Assembly: GCA_964016885.1 (NCBI GenBank)
Contig: OZ024741.1
Coordinates: 182,218,001 to 182,282,000 of the forward strand
Direction: 5' to 3'
Length of the DNA: 64,000 bases
Source: Eledone cirrhosa
Taxonomy: Eukaryota
Shown: positions 1 through 15,399 of the stretch, piece by piece
Numbering within the stretch: position 1 is the first letter of the stretch
How the letters are laid out: each line of letters opens with the position of its first letter
Notes under the pieces: generated by a model
Told to the model about the DNA's origin: nothing
Databases searched by the model: none
The model's input: the letters and a program-made list of their open reading frames with translations, nothing else
Position numbers and translations under genes: made by a program

Positions 1-664
1 ATTTCGTTCAGAGAATGATAGATGGTGGAAGAAAGTGAGAGAGAGATATATAGAGGAGGAATCGACACCAGTACTGGACGGATACTCTTTTATCAATTTT
101 GAAAGAATGAAAGGAAAGTTGACCTCGGTGGAATTTGAACTGAAAGAGCCGACGAATACGACATTATGTCCGACATTCCAACGTGTCTGACAATTCGCCG
201 GCAAGGTGCACAAGAATTGCTATAATATGAATCATAGAACTTTGTTCAATTTCCCTTGAGAACATTTGACAATAGTTATAGCGATTTCGATTAAATTTAG
301 CCAAGTCAAAATCGTGATGTTGTAATTACTGAGCACTCACTTACTTTGAAAGAGATAATAACAAAAACAGTGACGTCTGTTTTCGTAAGTAAAATTAATT
401 ATTCAGAAACGTGCTCATGGTCCCATATACGTGTGAAAATACTGGAACTCACAAATGCATATTGAAATAAAGATTAATGAATTAACACAGGCATTCAAAA
501 ACATACCTCTCTACACGTGTTCATTACTTCCTGTTTGTATCAAACCTTTCATTTATGTCCCAGAACCTCCAAACCAAAGCTGGTAGCTGAATTTCATAAA
601 TAAACAATAGCACAAAGTATAAACAAAATAACGAATTGTGTTAAAACATAAGCTCCATTGAAAA

Positions 665-702
<38 letters not shown>

Positions 703-784
703 AAGTAAGAAGCGCGGGACTGCGTAGGGTTTATAATTTTTTATCCCCTTAGTAAAATAAGTTGGATTACTTTGAATAAATAAT

Positions 785-896
785 TGTTTCTACTTTTGGC
801 AAAGGCCAGCAATTATCCAAGTGTATTACTGGTACTTTATTTTATCGACCCCGTAAGGATGAAAGGCAAAGTTAACCTCGGCAGGATTTGAGGTTA
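785..896 (-). mobile_element. 5'-truncated tRNA-derived SINE (dominant family) with 16-bp target-site duplication
   Basis: Family body GCCTTTCATCCTTACGGGGTCGATAAAATAAAGTACCAG on the minus strand; ACTTTGAATAAATAAT repeated at 769-784 and 897-912. Confidence 0.85.
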
Positions 897-1492
897 ACTT
901 TGAATAAATAATGAATGAATATTACATAATTTATCTACTAAATTTCGTGGCTGTTCATTAAATATATTCTATTACTTATTTAAAGATTCACTTCTTTAAC
1001 ATTTTCAAATGTCAACACTTCCGGTTAGTGATCGTTTAAATAAATATTCATATATTTCCGTCACTAATTTTTTCCGAATGCAGTTTATATATAATACCAT
1101 CTTTTTTTAATGTATCATGGATTACGTTACTGATTACATAAGACAGTGTAACACAGTTTTCATTCAATTTCTGTGTATATTGTCAATTACGATTTTATTT
1201 GATGTATCATATCTACATGCATATATACTTGCGTATAATATCAATATACACACTAGGGTTTTTCAGCTAGTATATATAATGTATGGTGTATGTGTGTGTG
1301 TTAAGAGAGAGAGAATAGAAAAAATAGAAAATGACACGAGTGTTATATACATCACGTCGATTCTAATTGAAAAATGTTTAAAATAGCAAGTAACTGAATT
1401 TGAAAAAAAAAAAAATGAATTGTAGAATGCAGCTTTGAAAAATAGCGTAATCCACTTCATTTATCTAGATCTGGTGAGACTGATCGAAGCAA

Positions 1493-1683
1493 TAATTGTT
1501 TCTACTATTGGCACAAGGCCAGCAAATTACTCAGTACATTACTGGTACTTTATTTTATCGACCCCGTAAGGATGAAAGGCAAAGTTAACCTCGGCGGGAT
1601 TTGAACTCAGAATGGCAAGGGCCGTAACTCTATGCGTCAAAGCATGGCATCCGACCCTCTACCGATACTGCCAATCCACCGTT
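1493..1683 (-). mobile_element. Full-length tRNA-derived SINE (dominant family)
   Basis: Minus strand has A-box-like TGGCAGTATCGGTAGA, B-box GAGTTCAAATCCC, the conserved central domain and an (ATT)n tail; many near-identical copies in the window. Confidence 0.9.
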
Positions 1684-1890
1684 CCAAGCAATAATGAGTT
1701 TGCGGATCACTGCTTTGTTGTTTGTGAGACTAGTGGCGTCACTGGGGAATTCGAGGATGCGTGGGGTGAGGTTCGTACCGAGTGACACTATATGAAATTG
1801 TGACATATAAAACATTACAATGGATTCTGTAGGGTCTGGTATTAGAGGAAATCCATGGAAGGGTATTAGAGAGACATGTTCATTAAAAGC

Positions 1891-1944
1891 AACGTGTACA
1901 ACGTGTACAACGTGTACAACGTGTACAACGTGTACAACGTGTAC
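1891..1944. repeat. 9-bp tandem repeat (AACGTGTAC) x6
   Basis: Directly visible. Confidence 0.95.
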
Positions 1945-3333
1945 ATACGTTTACATATACGCATACATTGACTCACGCATTTATAAATCCCTTGAACTGT
2001 TTTGACTAAAAATATTATTTTCCCTTTATTAATGAACGACTTGAATTCTGAAAAGAAGAATATAAATAGATTTCAAAGAACACAGACACACACACACATA
2101 CATACCACGTGCGTTTATTTTTTACATTCGTGTTACATTCTGTTACTCTCCGTCTTGGTGCAAATTAACATGTCAACAGAACATCCAGCCTCGTTTTCCT
2201 CCTGCCAGAAGATAAAAGATATGGCTGTCTTTGTTGATATATCAATAAGTACAATCAGTTTACCTACAAAGATAACACAATCACTGAGAAATGCACTCTT
2301 TTGTTAATGATAGGTAAAGTGAATTACGCTGACAAATTGTCAACGTGTCTTGACATGTACTTAAACAACATACAATACACAAAAATAATTTTTTGGAAGC
2401 TAATATTTAATTTAATAGATTTTACGCATAAGAGACCTAACGTTTCGAGCACTATAATCGTTTGTATTTGCAAAATTCCAGATTTAGTATCGTATAGATA
2501 ACTAGGGTACAATATTTATAGAAATGTTTGTGTTATCTTGATATCGTTTAATGGATTAATGCTTTGGGGGTATATCATATTGCTTCTTAAATAACGTTTT
2601 GAAAGTTGCTAGAATTCTAAGATATCAGGTCCCTTCAACTAGTTCATAAATCATTCAAAATGTATGATATATCTTACACTTAGGCTTGTACAGCAGTTTC
2701 TTTCAATATTTAATTCTTTCCTTCACATGTTTTTTACTGTGATCTGATCATTGAGGAACTGTGGTCTTCAAGTGATATTTTCGTGTCCATATTTCTTTTT
2801 CGTTGTTAGAATATTTCATATTACTAGAAACTTTGTGCGTGGCTTTTCTTTGCTCTTCAGAGGGAAAACTATGAACAGTTAGCAAAGGACTGCCGCAGAA
2901 AAGAATTAAGGACCAAGTGCTTACCGGTCGAGGCGGTCAGTCGAAGGCCGTTCGTTCCCTTAGTAAGGTCAAGATACTCTGAACATTACGTGAGTGAGCA
3001 GAAAATGAGCTAGCTATGAAAAACAACGTGAAAGCAGCAGAGAATGAATCTAGATGGCTCTCGTTAAAAAGAGGTCATCTGGATGAAGATGTAGTGTATG
3101 TTGTAAGACGGAGAAAACTAATTGACTTCAAGATACTTTGATTATATATTCATGGACCTCATTCCTAGATGTACGACGAACAAATTACTAGAACATTAAT
3201 GTACGGACTTTCTTCTGTTAATTACAACTGTATCAGGCATTCAGCTTTTCTAAATACTAACCGACACCAAGGTTTAATAAGAAACAACCACCAAATATTA
3301 AAGATCAATATAATATTTTAAAGTTTATATATA

Positions 3334-3633
3334 CATTTTCTCTTCGTATTCGCGGGGGGTTACGTTCCTAGAGCACCCGTGAAGAGTGAAAAACCGTGAA
3401 TATTGTACGTGGTACATAAAAATTGCTATAAACGTCAAAACATAACCTAAAATATAGGTCGGCAGATACGGTGTATTGCTATTAATAATATAGCGTTAAA
3501 AAGCGTGAAAATATATATATTGCCACGAAAAAAAGATACCGGGAATATGCGATGGTTTCCATGAACAATTACTATTTAGGTTCTAAGGAAAATCCCGCGA
3601 ATAACCGGGACCGCGAATGCCGGGGGTACAATG
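3334..3633. mobile_element. Tigger/pogo-like MITE remnant
   Basis: TA-flanked imperfect TIRs (TACATTTTCTCTTCGTATTCGCGG ... CCGCGAATGCCGGGGGTACAATGTA) and internal CCGCGAA/CCGTGAA repeats. Confidence 0.6.
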
Positions 3634-3635
3634 TA

Positions 3636-4907
3636 TCTATATCTATATATCTATACTAATAAAGCTGTATGCAACAAACTTTTCGCCAAACGGCTGAACC
3701 AAACGGCACCAAATTTGCACCATAGATGTAATTTTTTCCAAGTAAGAAAATGAGGGTATTTTTGTCTACTAAATTTTCTTAAAAGATTAAAGATATTATT
3801 TAAATATTCACTTCTTTAAAATTTTCAAATGTCAACACTTCCGGTTATACGACATTCCTCTCTCTTTCTTAGTTTGTCTTTTTAGATAGATACATGGCTA
3901 TAACGTTGCACGCTTATAATATGTCTCTGTATGTCTGGCTTTCTGCATTATTACAGCATTCCTTTATACGAATATATACGTATATATACATTCATAAACA
4001 TGTTATTTACAGTTGTATAAAAAAGAAGTATAATTGTTTCTACTTTTGGCACAAGGCCAGCAATTATTTCAGTACATTACTGGTACTTTATTATATATAA
4101 TATATATAATACGACATTCCTCTCACTTTCTTACTCTGTCTTTTTAGATAGATACATAGCTATAACGCTGCACGCTATTAATATCTGTCTGCCTGTCTGC
4201 ATTGACTTCGCTTCTAACCAACTTTTAATTAATTATATATATATAATTATATATTCGTGTACTTATTTTCAACAGTAATACTATACTATATGTATTTAAC
4301 AGTCATACTATACTATATATTTTCAACAGTAATACTATACTATATGTATTTAACACTCATACTATACTATATATTTTCAACAGTAATACTATGCTATATA
4401 TTTTCAACAGTAATACTGTACTATACTATATAGTTTCAACAGTAATATTATAGTATATACTTTCAACAGTAATACTGTCTTATACTTTATATTTTCAACA
4501 GTAATACTATACTATATATTTTCAACAGTAATACTGTACTATACTATATAGTTTCAACAGTAATATTATAGTATATACTTTCAACAGTAATACTGTCTTA
4601 TACTTTATATTTTCAACAGTAATACTATACTATATATTTCAACAGTAATACTATACCATATATGTTCAACAGTAATACTATATTATATGTTTTCAACAGT
4701 AATACTGTACTATATATTTTCAACAGTAATACTGTACTATACTATATATTTTCAACAGTAATACTGTAGTATATATTTTTAACAGTAATACTATACTATA
4801 CTATACTGTACTATACTATACTATACTATATATTTTGAACAGTAATACTATACTACACAGACGGCTTGTTGTCAGTTTATCCAAGCGAAGCTAGGTACGT
4901 CAGCTAT
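3636..4907 (+). mobile_element. Non-autonomous Helitron-like element with internal minisatellite
   Basis: 5' A|TCTAT...CTATACTAATAAA; degenerate 3' hairpin CCAAGCGAAGCTAGG followed by CAGCTAT (CTAG-like end); shares internal segments with the 5403-6129 element and with 930-1030. Confidence 0.6.
4255..4853. repeat. Minisatellite, ~26-31-bp unit TATATTTTCAACAGTAATACTATAC
   Basis: About 20 adjacent variant units with no unique spacers. Confidence 0.9.
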
Positions 4908-5085
4908 ATATATATATATATCTGTATGCCGTAGAACACGCCAATGGTAGCCGGGCACCAGCCGGACGAACCAGCTAGTATATATATATATATATATATA
5001 TATGCACAAATAAAAGATTAACAAACGACCGAAACGCCAAAAACGGAATTCAACGTCACCATCTCCGCCACCACCACTGTTTTCT

Positions 5086-5178
<93 letters not shown>

Positions 5179-5402
5179 ACACACACTTTTACTATTCTCT
5201 TTCGACAGTATGAAATGTGATCGAAGATTTAAAAAGTAACTCGCCTTTTAGTTTTCTCTCACTCTCTCTCTCCCTCGCCCGCGGGTTTATCACACACTTT
5301 CCAAATAGACGTAAAATTGAAAATTAAAATATTTCATCGTACACACAGCGTGACCGATTTTTTACACCACACGTAATCTGTTATTAGCACTTTAATATAA
5401 TA

Positions 5403-6129
<727 letters not shown>

Positions 6130-6427
6130 TAAGGTTACGGCATCACATAAAAGGTCTCGCAGTCATACAGATTCTTTAAAACATTTATTCATATCTAAGT
6201 TAGCATACTTTCAATAATTCATGACACATGGTTTAGATATGTAAAAAACATAATCATGTAGGTGCAGCTATAGATGTGTGGTTAAGACGTTTCCTGTTTC
6301 AAATCCGCTAAGAGCCAACTTAGGCATGTGTCTTTACCATAGCTTCGTATTGACGAATACTTTGATATTTGGGGATAGATTTTCGCTGAAAGAAACTATG
6401 TAGAGGCCGGCTGTACACACACACACG

Positions 6428-6576
<149 letters not shown>

Positions 6577-6705
6577 TTATATATATATATATTTATATAT
6601 ATATGCATATATGTGTGTCTATCGTTGTTGTGGTATAAACATAGCCACTGCATATGGTTGTTTTTCTTGATGTCACGCTTTTTAACTGTTGTATTTTACT
6701 CTGTC

Positions 6706-6782
<77 letters not shown>

Positions 6783-7459
6783 GTTTATGTTTATATCTAT
6801 ATAAAATCATGTGTTAGTTCCATAACATATCGATTTGACGAACATGCCGAGCGTTAAAATAATTACCCAACTGAAATATGTACGAAAGTTGATGTCATCA
6901 ACTGAAACATTTGAATGACAGCAGCCCAATGACTGAAACCCGTAAAAGAATATAAGTATAAAAGTCAAGGTCAATGGATAGCATGCATACCATTCTGTTC
7001 AAAATAGACACGTTTACCGTCTACCTAGGAGGGTGGTTCTCACGGTGCATTTGAGAACAAGTAAAAATGTTTTGATGACGTTTACACCTCAATTTGAAAA
7101 TTTATTTAATGAGGTATTTATATATATATAGCATAGTATAAAGTAGAAATATAGACAATTAAAAATCTAGAAAAAGTATTTGTACTACCTTTTTCATTCA
7201 ATAAATGTAGCAAAGTTATCAATACGAAGCTCATGCTTGATGTTATGTATTTTTATTATTAACTTTTCTTTTTGCAACGTTTTCATTCTTCGCGTTGTTT
7301 ACCTATTTGACAGTTATATAGGAACTTTATTACGAATTTCAGTATTTGTTTTTCATATTTCGAAATAGAATCTTGGTCTTTCACGGCGTACGGCTTAGAA
7401 ACCAATACACTGGAAGGGAAAAGAAATCCATCGGGGCCAGCGCGTGGGCCCCCATTTGT

Positions 7460-7675
7460 AATTTCTAGTATAGGCACAAGGCCAGTAATTTGGGGGAGGG
7501 AAATATCGATTAAATCGACCTCAGTACGTTATTGGTGCTTTATTTTATCGACCCTGTAAGGATGAAAGGCAAAGTTAACCTCGGCAGGATTTGAAATCAG
7601 ACCGTAAAGGGACGTAACTCTATGCTGCAAAGCATGGGGTCCGACTCTCTACCGATACTGCCAGTCCACCGCCCT
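7460..7675 (-). mobile_element. Full-length tRNA-derived SINE (dominant family)
   Basis: Same A/B boxes and body as 1493-1683. Confidence 0.9.
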
Positions 7676-8399
7676 CCATTGCTCATTATAGTGAGAGATG
7701 GGGGAGAGCGGGAGAGACGGAGGCAGTTGGAGTGTGTGTTTGGTAGTTTTGTGTTTTGACCCGGTGTAGGTGATGTATGTGTTTCACGGACACTCACTCA
7801 TGACAGATCGTAGGTATTTGTTAAAACACCAATCGTCCTTTCCCCGTGTTGAGTATTGCCTTGTATTTGTTGGGGCGACTGCTTATAATTTTCATAATTT
7901 TATGTACATCTGAGCGAAAGGCTTCAGTCTACTTCGTATATATGGAATCAAACATCGATTTATAGGAAAGAATAGTAATATCAGCCCTCTTCCACTCGGT
8001 AGTTTTCAGCCAGATCATATTTATGGATCATATGTTGAAACTCTCAGAAGCCGAGCCCGGGTGCAAATATGCGGTCTACGTCATACGGGATGGTGTGAGG
8101 AAGCCAGCTTGGTAGAATGCGGGATCAGTGCCTGAGTATTTATCACCCTATGTTAGCTCTAGAATGAGCGTTCCTTTTCTCCATTGTGATCTCCATTCTC
8201 TAGAGTTTATCTACGCCAAATCACGTGACACTACAAAACACCATACGACCCTCTGTTGCTTTGGATACTTCCACAACTTTGCGACGTAGCAAAGATATTT
8301 ATTGATTTATTTACTAATCGCAGTAAATTCTTATATATATATGTAAGTAAATTAAACAAATTTGTATAAAAACGCTGTTCCTTGAAGATTCAGTAATTC

Positions 8400-8552
8400 G
8401 TCTCTCTGATGACTGCGGTTAAGATAGATGCTAGACGAGCAAAACCTGCTGGTGAGACAAGACGTCATCACCGGTTTGGCTTAGGATCGTAACAGGTGTA
8501 GGAAAACTGTAGTTGTCTGCGCTGAAACCGAAAGATGATGATAATGATGATA
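8400..8552 (+). mobile_element. Probable RTE-type LINE 3' end with (GAT)n tail
   Basis: Reads like an RTE C-terminus (LA*DRNRCRKTVVVC) followed by GATGATGATAATGATGA. Confidence 0.4.
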
Positions 8553-8925
8553 TGTAGTTTACTGAGACCTATGAGGGAAGATTCGTAAGAGTGCAGGAAT
8601 AAACACTTTGGGGAAAATCGCCAAGATTTCTATTGATGAAAGCAGTGGAACATATCTAATATATCAGATACGATGTCGGTTATCGATAAACAACATAACC
8701 AGTTGATTAAAAGTACAAACAACGTAGTCAACAACATTTATAAATCTAGCTTTATCGCAAGATCTTTGACGTCATCACAAGAAAGCAATTGTATAGATTT
8801 TCCTTTTTATCTAAAAATATTTTCGAAATACTAACATTATAAAATCTGATACTCACATACATTATATTACATACCGACTCTTCTATACACACACCCATAA
8901 ATCCTATTTTTCTCACTCTCTCTAT

Positions 8926-9016
<91 letters not shown>

Positions 9017-9087
9017 ATAAATGAAACAAATAAAACACAAGAGGCAAAATTAGAGTTATATTAGGTTCACGCATGGATATATAAATA

Positions 9088-9236
<149 letters not shown>

Positions 9237-9547
9237 TAGATAGATAGAGAGAGAGCGAGAGAGAGAGAGAGAGAGAGCGATAGATAGAGAGAGGGGTCGA
9301 GAGATGAAAATGGAGAAAAGAAGAAGGAATAGGATGAGAGTCTGCAAGCGAAAAACGAAGATAATACTAAACACGCGGTGTAGAATTTATGCATATGCCT
9401 ATATATATATATATATACTAAAAATTTGATCGTTACCTTCAGTTTCACAATCTGCCGTCTTTCAGGCAAAAATTACCGGGCGGGAAACTCAGATTAACGG
9501 CCAATTACAATATATATAGATATACATATATATATATACACATATAC

Positions 9548-9652
<105 letters not shown>

Positions 9653-9731
9653 TATATATATATACACACACACACACACATATATATACACACACACACA
9701 TATATATACACACACACATACACATATATAT

Positions 9732-9769
<38 letters not shown>

Positions 9770-10374
9770 TTCGTTTCTGAATTTGGCAACATGACCCTCC
9801 CAAAGTATAACAATATATATATATATATATATATGAAGAAAGATGGCCTGAGAAAGAGTGAGAGAGTGAAAGCGAGAAGGAGAGAGTGAAAGGGAAAGGG
9901 AGGGAGGGAGAGTGAGAGGGAGAAAGGGGGCGCACTCTCAAACAAATAAAAAGCCCACACACTTACCACAATACCACTGAATTACCCGCATCCTCAGCCT
10001 TCAATACTTCATAAACATTCTCACTAAATCATGAAAACAACCATACATGCATGTCCAGATATCCCTATTTGATGTCACACTTCTGATAATATCCCGCTCG
10101 TTTCTTTTCTGATGATGGTCTAATGTCCAAAGCATAAAAGATACGTCTTTTTTATTGCTTTACCTGCGTGTTAAACTAGGAACTTTCTCTTAATTTGACC
10201 CCCATGGCTGTTATATATTTTTTAAATATTTATAGTTTTTGATAGTAGACCTTACATTACATATACACAAACATATATGTGTATATGCATACATATATAT
10301 ATAATCATACGCATATACATACATATGCGTATTTACATATATATATATATATAGAGAGAGAGAGAAAGGTGTGT

Positions 10375-10446
<72 letters not shown>

Positions 10447-10448
10447 TA

Positions 10449-11308
10449 CGAGGTGTGTCAGAAAAGTTCCAGGACTGATGTCACAAAAGATTTATTTCAA
10501 ACCCAAACTTCACACTAAGAGTTTTCTCCTTCAAAGTAATCCCTCTGGAGTATGTAACTGTAATCTTAGCTCTCTGCAGCGATCAAACTTTTTTTTTCAT
10601 AATTTTATATACATGTCCTCTGTTTCAGGTCGTCAAGCACAGAGCAACGAAAAAACTTGAAAGCTCCGTCAGAAGCACTGGCATTGCTGTAGCAAGTGTA
10701 TGGAGATGAGACGATGTCACGCCCACGTGGTTTTGAGTGGTGCAAGAGGTTTAAAGAAGGACGCGAGGACGTGGAAGATGACCCCAGGAGCGGAAGGCCC
10801 TCAACACCCAGGACTGAGGTCAACGTTGAGCGCGTCTGGCAGATGGTACGTAGCGATCGTCGGCTGACTGTTCGACTGATGGCAAATGAGCTGGGCATGA
10901 ATCGGGACAGCGTCTGGAAGATTCTCACTGAAGATTTGGACATGCGGAAATCTGCGCGAAAATGGTGCCAAAACTGCTGAACGATGACCAGAAAGGTCGA
11001 CGCATGCCAGTGTGCCAGGACATCCTCGAGCGTCTTGAAACCAAACCAGACTTGTTAGGGACAGTCATCACCGGTGATGTGTCATGGATCTTCGAGTACG
11101 ATCCGACATCAAAAAGGCCGTGACGACGGAACTGTGGAGGATCCAGGAAGAATCCATCAAGGAGTGCATGCAAGCGTGGCAGAAAAGGATGGTAAAGTGC
11201 ATTAGGCTCCAGGGGGATTACTTTGAAGGAGAAAACTCTTAGTGTGAAGTTTGGGTTGGAAATAAATCTTTTGTGACACCAATCCGGGAACTTTTCTGAC
11301 CCACTTCG
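10449..11308 (+). mobile_element. Internally deleted mariner DNA transposon with ~100-bp inverted ends
   Basis: TA TSDs at 10447 and 11309; inverted repeats 10449-10550 / 11207-11308; mariner transposase remnants inside. Confidence 0.92.
10640..11242 (+). pseudogene. Mariner transposase pseudogene (frameshifts, central deletion)
   Basis: FEWCKRFKEGREDVEDDPRSGRPST HTH region, MVPKLL (WVPHEL-like) motif, VITGDVSWIFEYDP first catalytic D, C-terminal QGDYFEG. Confidence 0.9.
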
Positions 11309-11586
11309 TATATGTATGTGTGTCTGTGTCTGTGTATACACCAGCATCAACAATTTTCCAAGAGATAGCAACATGAATGGACCTGTTATTTTTCGCTAAA
11401 AATTGTTTTCCGCCCTGCCCGTCTCTTTAATCTTTCTTTAATTTCTCATTCTATTTTATGATGAAGGACTAGCGTCCGAAACGATAAGACTGTTTTCCTA
11501 TTATATCAAGTATAAAACTAATAATATATTTCTTCATTGTACTGTGTAGTTTGCTTTGTTATTTCTATTTGCCTTTTGCATATATA

Positions 11587-11651
<65 letters not shown>

Positions 11652-12240
11652 AGAGGAATATAATCCAATCTCTAATTAGAGTAGAGATAGATATATAAGA
11701 TTTAACTGTCAGCTGTAAGATCCAGCATATAGCGCAATGATTATTTATGCAATACTAATAAGCGTTGCAATATAAGCAAGGTTAGTGCTTGTAAAGGGAT
11801 AGTGACGCATATTGATTAACGGTCAAATTACTGCCGCTTGAATTTGAAATCCCTACTCAACGCATTCGGGCACCAGAAACATTTGTAAGTGAATAAGCTT
11901 TTTAATGAGTGCTTTTTGATACTCCTGCTATTAATTTTGTATATATATATGTGTATGTGTGTGTGTGTGTATTTTATATTCATGTAGCTGTTTAGTTTTG
12001 ATGTATTTGTTTACGTTTTAAATATCTGTGCATTTCCTTATTTCATTTTCATATTGCAAGACAAAATGGACAAATTATTTTCAATATGAATACAAAATAT
12101 ATAAACAATCGAATCATAAAGGTATAAGTCAGTTATTTCATACCATCAAAATTAGTCTTACCATAACTAATCCACTGACATGGAGAATAAACTATATCTG
12201 GCTTTGTGGGTATTCGCTTTTTAATTTCTGAGTACAACGT

Positions 12241-12984
<744 letters not shown>

Positions 12985-13004
12985 CAATTTACCAAGGGGA
13001 ATCA

Positions 13005-13042
13005 TGTCCTGATGAAACCATTAAGTTCGAAATGTATAGACA
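13005..13042 (+). ncRNA. Minimal type I hammerhead motif
   Basis: TGTC-CTGATGA-AACCATTAAGTTC-GAAA-TGTA-TA-GACA; stem II register imperfect. Confidence 0.6.
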
Positions 13043-13228
13043 ATTATCCTCTGCTGGTTCTGCTGGAATTCGCTAGGCCGCGCTAGCCGTCATCCTTCTA
13101 TCCACACCTGGGCTTTCAAAATGTTTATTTATTAAACACACCGCATGTCTTTAGACATACGAAATTCACATACATACATATATATATATATATACGGTAA
13201 CAAGACTCACTATTCAGCATTAATAAAA

Positions 13229-13282
<54 letters not shown>

Positions 13283-13335
13283 TATGTATACGTACTAAGA
13301 GTGAGAAATGAAATTTCGTTTCATTTTTTACATTT

Positions 13336-13372
<37 letters not shown>

Positions 13373-14202
13373 CATATAGTGCAAGGAAACGACAAACAGA
13401 AGTACAAAATGTCTTATTAGTTCGATGTGTCGGGCTTTAGCCCTTCTTCAGAATGGAGTACAAAAATAGAGACAGGATCACAATGGATAGATACAGAAAA
13501 TTAAAGGTAGTCTAAGTGAAGTAAAAAAAAAAAACGAAAATAAAGAGAGTAAAGAAGACACTCCGTTAGGTAGTCGTAGTAACGATTTTTTGGAACAGAA
13601 AGTGAAGTGTGTATGTATTAGTGTTGGTATTATGTGTGAGTGTATCTGTATGTTTAAACGTGTGTGTTTTTATAAGGTTTATTGTGTAAAGTATTAAAGT
13701 AATGTGTGTTATATCCAGAGTAACAAGACTCACTAGAATTAATATGTATATATGTGTGTGTATGAGTATTTATTCGTGTGTATAATATGTGTGAACGCAC
13801 GTGGGTGTAAAAGATTTTCGCATGTATTTGTAGGCATACATCGAGACCATTTATCTATTCATGTGTTGTTTTATTTTTAATCAACAAAATATTGCACACC
13901 CTAAGCAATAACCAAATAACAACCATAACAACATGAGACTTTACTCATTCAGCAACTACTAAACACTAAACCTTTATTGATTTTTACGAACGAAAATCGA
14001 TAATACTAGTAGAGGTCGTATTAAAATCTAAACTTCTTTTATTAGAATTCCCCTCTTTTAGGCTTATATTGATTTCTAATATAGGCACAAGGCCTCTTGC
14101 AGTATCATGTTAATCGACAGTGGAATAGAAAGCAGCGAGAGTTTTATTTTTTAAATTTTCCCTTCCTAATTATATAATTTTCATTATAATAACGTAGACG
14201 AG

Positions 14203-14378
14203 GGCGGTGGATTGGCAGTCCCTTTACCTTCTGAGTTCAAATCCTGCCGAGGCTAGCTTTGTCTTTCATCCTTATGTAGTCGATAAAATAAAGTACCAGT
14301 AATGCACTGGAGGCGATTTAATCGACATTCCCTTTCCCCGAAAGGTGTTGGCCTTATGCCTAAATCAAAAACAATCAT
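14203..14378 (+). mobile_element. tRNA-derived SINE (dominant family, internally deleted)
   Basis: GGCGGTGGATTGGCAG ... GAGTTCAAATCC ... GTCGATAAAATAAAGTACCAG. Confidence 0.8.
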
Positions 14379-14534
14379 AATAACGTAGATACAGCAAGGT
14401 CCAATGGTTAAGAAGTTTGCTTCGGAATCAAGTGGTCCCGCGTTCAATCTCACTGCTTGGCATCATAAAGCGACATTTACTTACGAGAGCCACGGGTCTA
14501 TCCAAGACTTGTAAATAAAACTGGATAGACGCCA

Positions 14535-14665
14535 ACTGTTTGATAGAGTGCGTAACTGGGAGATCAGAGAGTCACTCCAGATAGAGCCGCTACTTCTCCG
14601 AATTGAAAGATCACAGCTCCGAAACTATGGGCATGGGGTTAGAATGTTTCAGGAACGAATCGCAT
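14535..14665 (+). pseudogene. RTE-clade LINE C-terminal fragment
   Basis: DRVRNWEIRESLQIEPLLLRIERSQLRNYGHGVRM. Confidence 0.75.
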
Positions 14666-14674
14666 TCCTGAGGC

Positions 14675-14753
<79 letters not shown>

Positions 14754-14835
14754 GTTATTCCGGGTTGAATCGGAGGTAATCACAGTAAGTAAGGTACTCA
14801 ATACATAGCAGAGTATAAAAGTTTTAATATAGATG

Positions 14836-14886
14836 AGATTCTACAGGACTAAAACTGTTTCATTCTTTAGAAGTCATCAGGAATCT
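14836..14886 (-). ncRNA. Type I hammerhead ribozyme (family A, inverted copy)
   Basis: Reverse complement of 15117-15167 with one loop change. Confidence 0.8.
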
Positions 14887-15116
14887 GGCTTTCCAAAAAT
14901 AAATGTTGTGGTATTTATATCTTTTCAGGTGGTAGGAGAGGGTGGGGAGTGGTATGGGTAGAGGTTGAAAGAAAAGGGAATTCATTAAAAGCTAAAAGAA
15001 TTAGCTTTTAATGAATTCCCTTTTCTTTCAACCAATGACCTCCACCCATACCACTCCCCACCCACTCCTACCACATGAAAAGATATAAATACCACAACAT
15101 TTATTTTTGGAAAGCC

Positions 15117-15167
15117 AGATTCCTGATGACTTCTAAAGAATGAAACAGTTCTAGTCCTGTAGAATCT
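15117..15167 (+). ncRNA. Type I hammerhead ribozyme (family A)
   Basis: AGATTC-CTGATGA-CTTCTAAAGAAT-GAAA-CAG-TTCTAGTC-CTG-TA-GAATCT: 6-bp stem I, full core, GUA cleavage triplet. Confidence 0.85.
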
Positions 15168-15324
15168 CATATATATATATATATATATATAAAATAATGA
15201 ATAAACAAAGAAACAGTTCCTTATATTAAAAATTCATCATTTTACAATCGTTTCTAGGATATATATGTTAGTGTTGGTATGCATATCCTATAGAGCTATG
15301 TGAAATTTTTTTTTTTTTTTTTAT

Positions 15325-15360
<36 letters not shown>

Positions 15361-15399
15361 CATATTAATATGATTGATTGAATATGTTAAATGGATAAA

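Larger units (their letters stand above)
14753..15170. mobile_element. Fold-back PLE-type mini-element, family A
   Basis: Tail 14753-14832, arms 14833-14995 / 15001-15170, flanked by (TA)n; relatives at 20576, 36674, 53301. Confidence 0.85.

Noticed and set aside
4255-4853. CRISPR-like regular repeat
   Set aside because: No unique spacers, no cas genes, eukaryotic context; it is a minisatellite.
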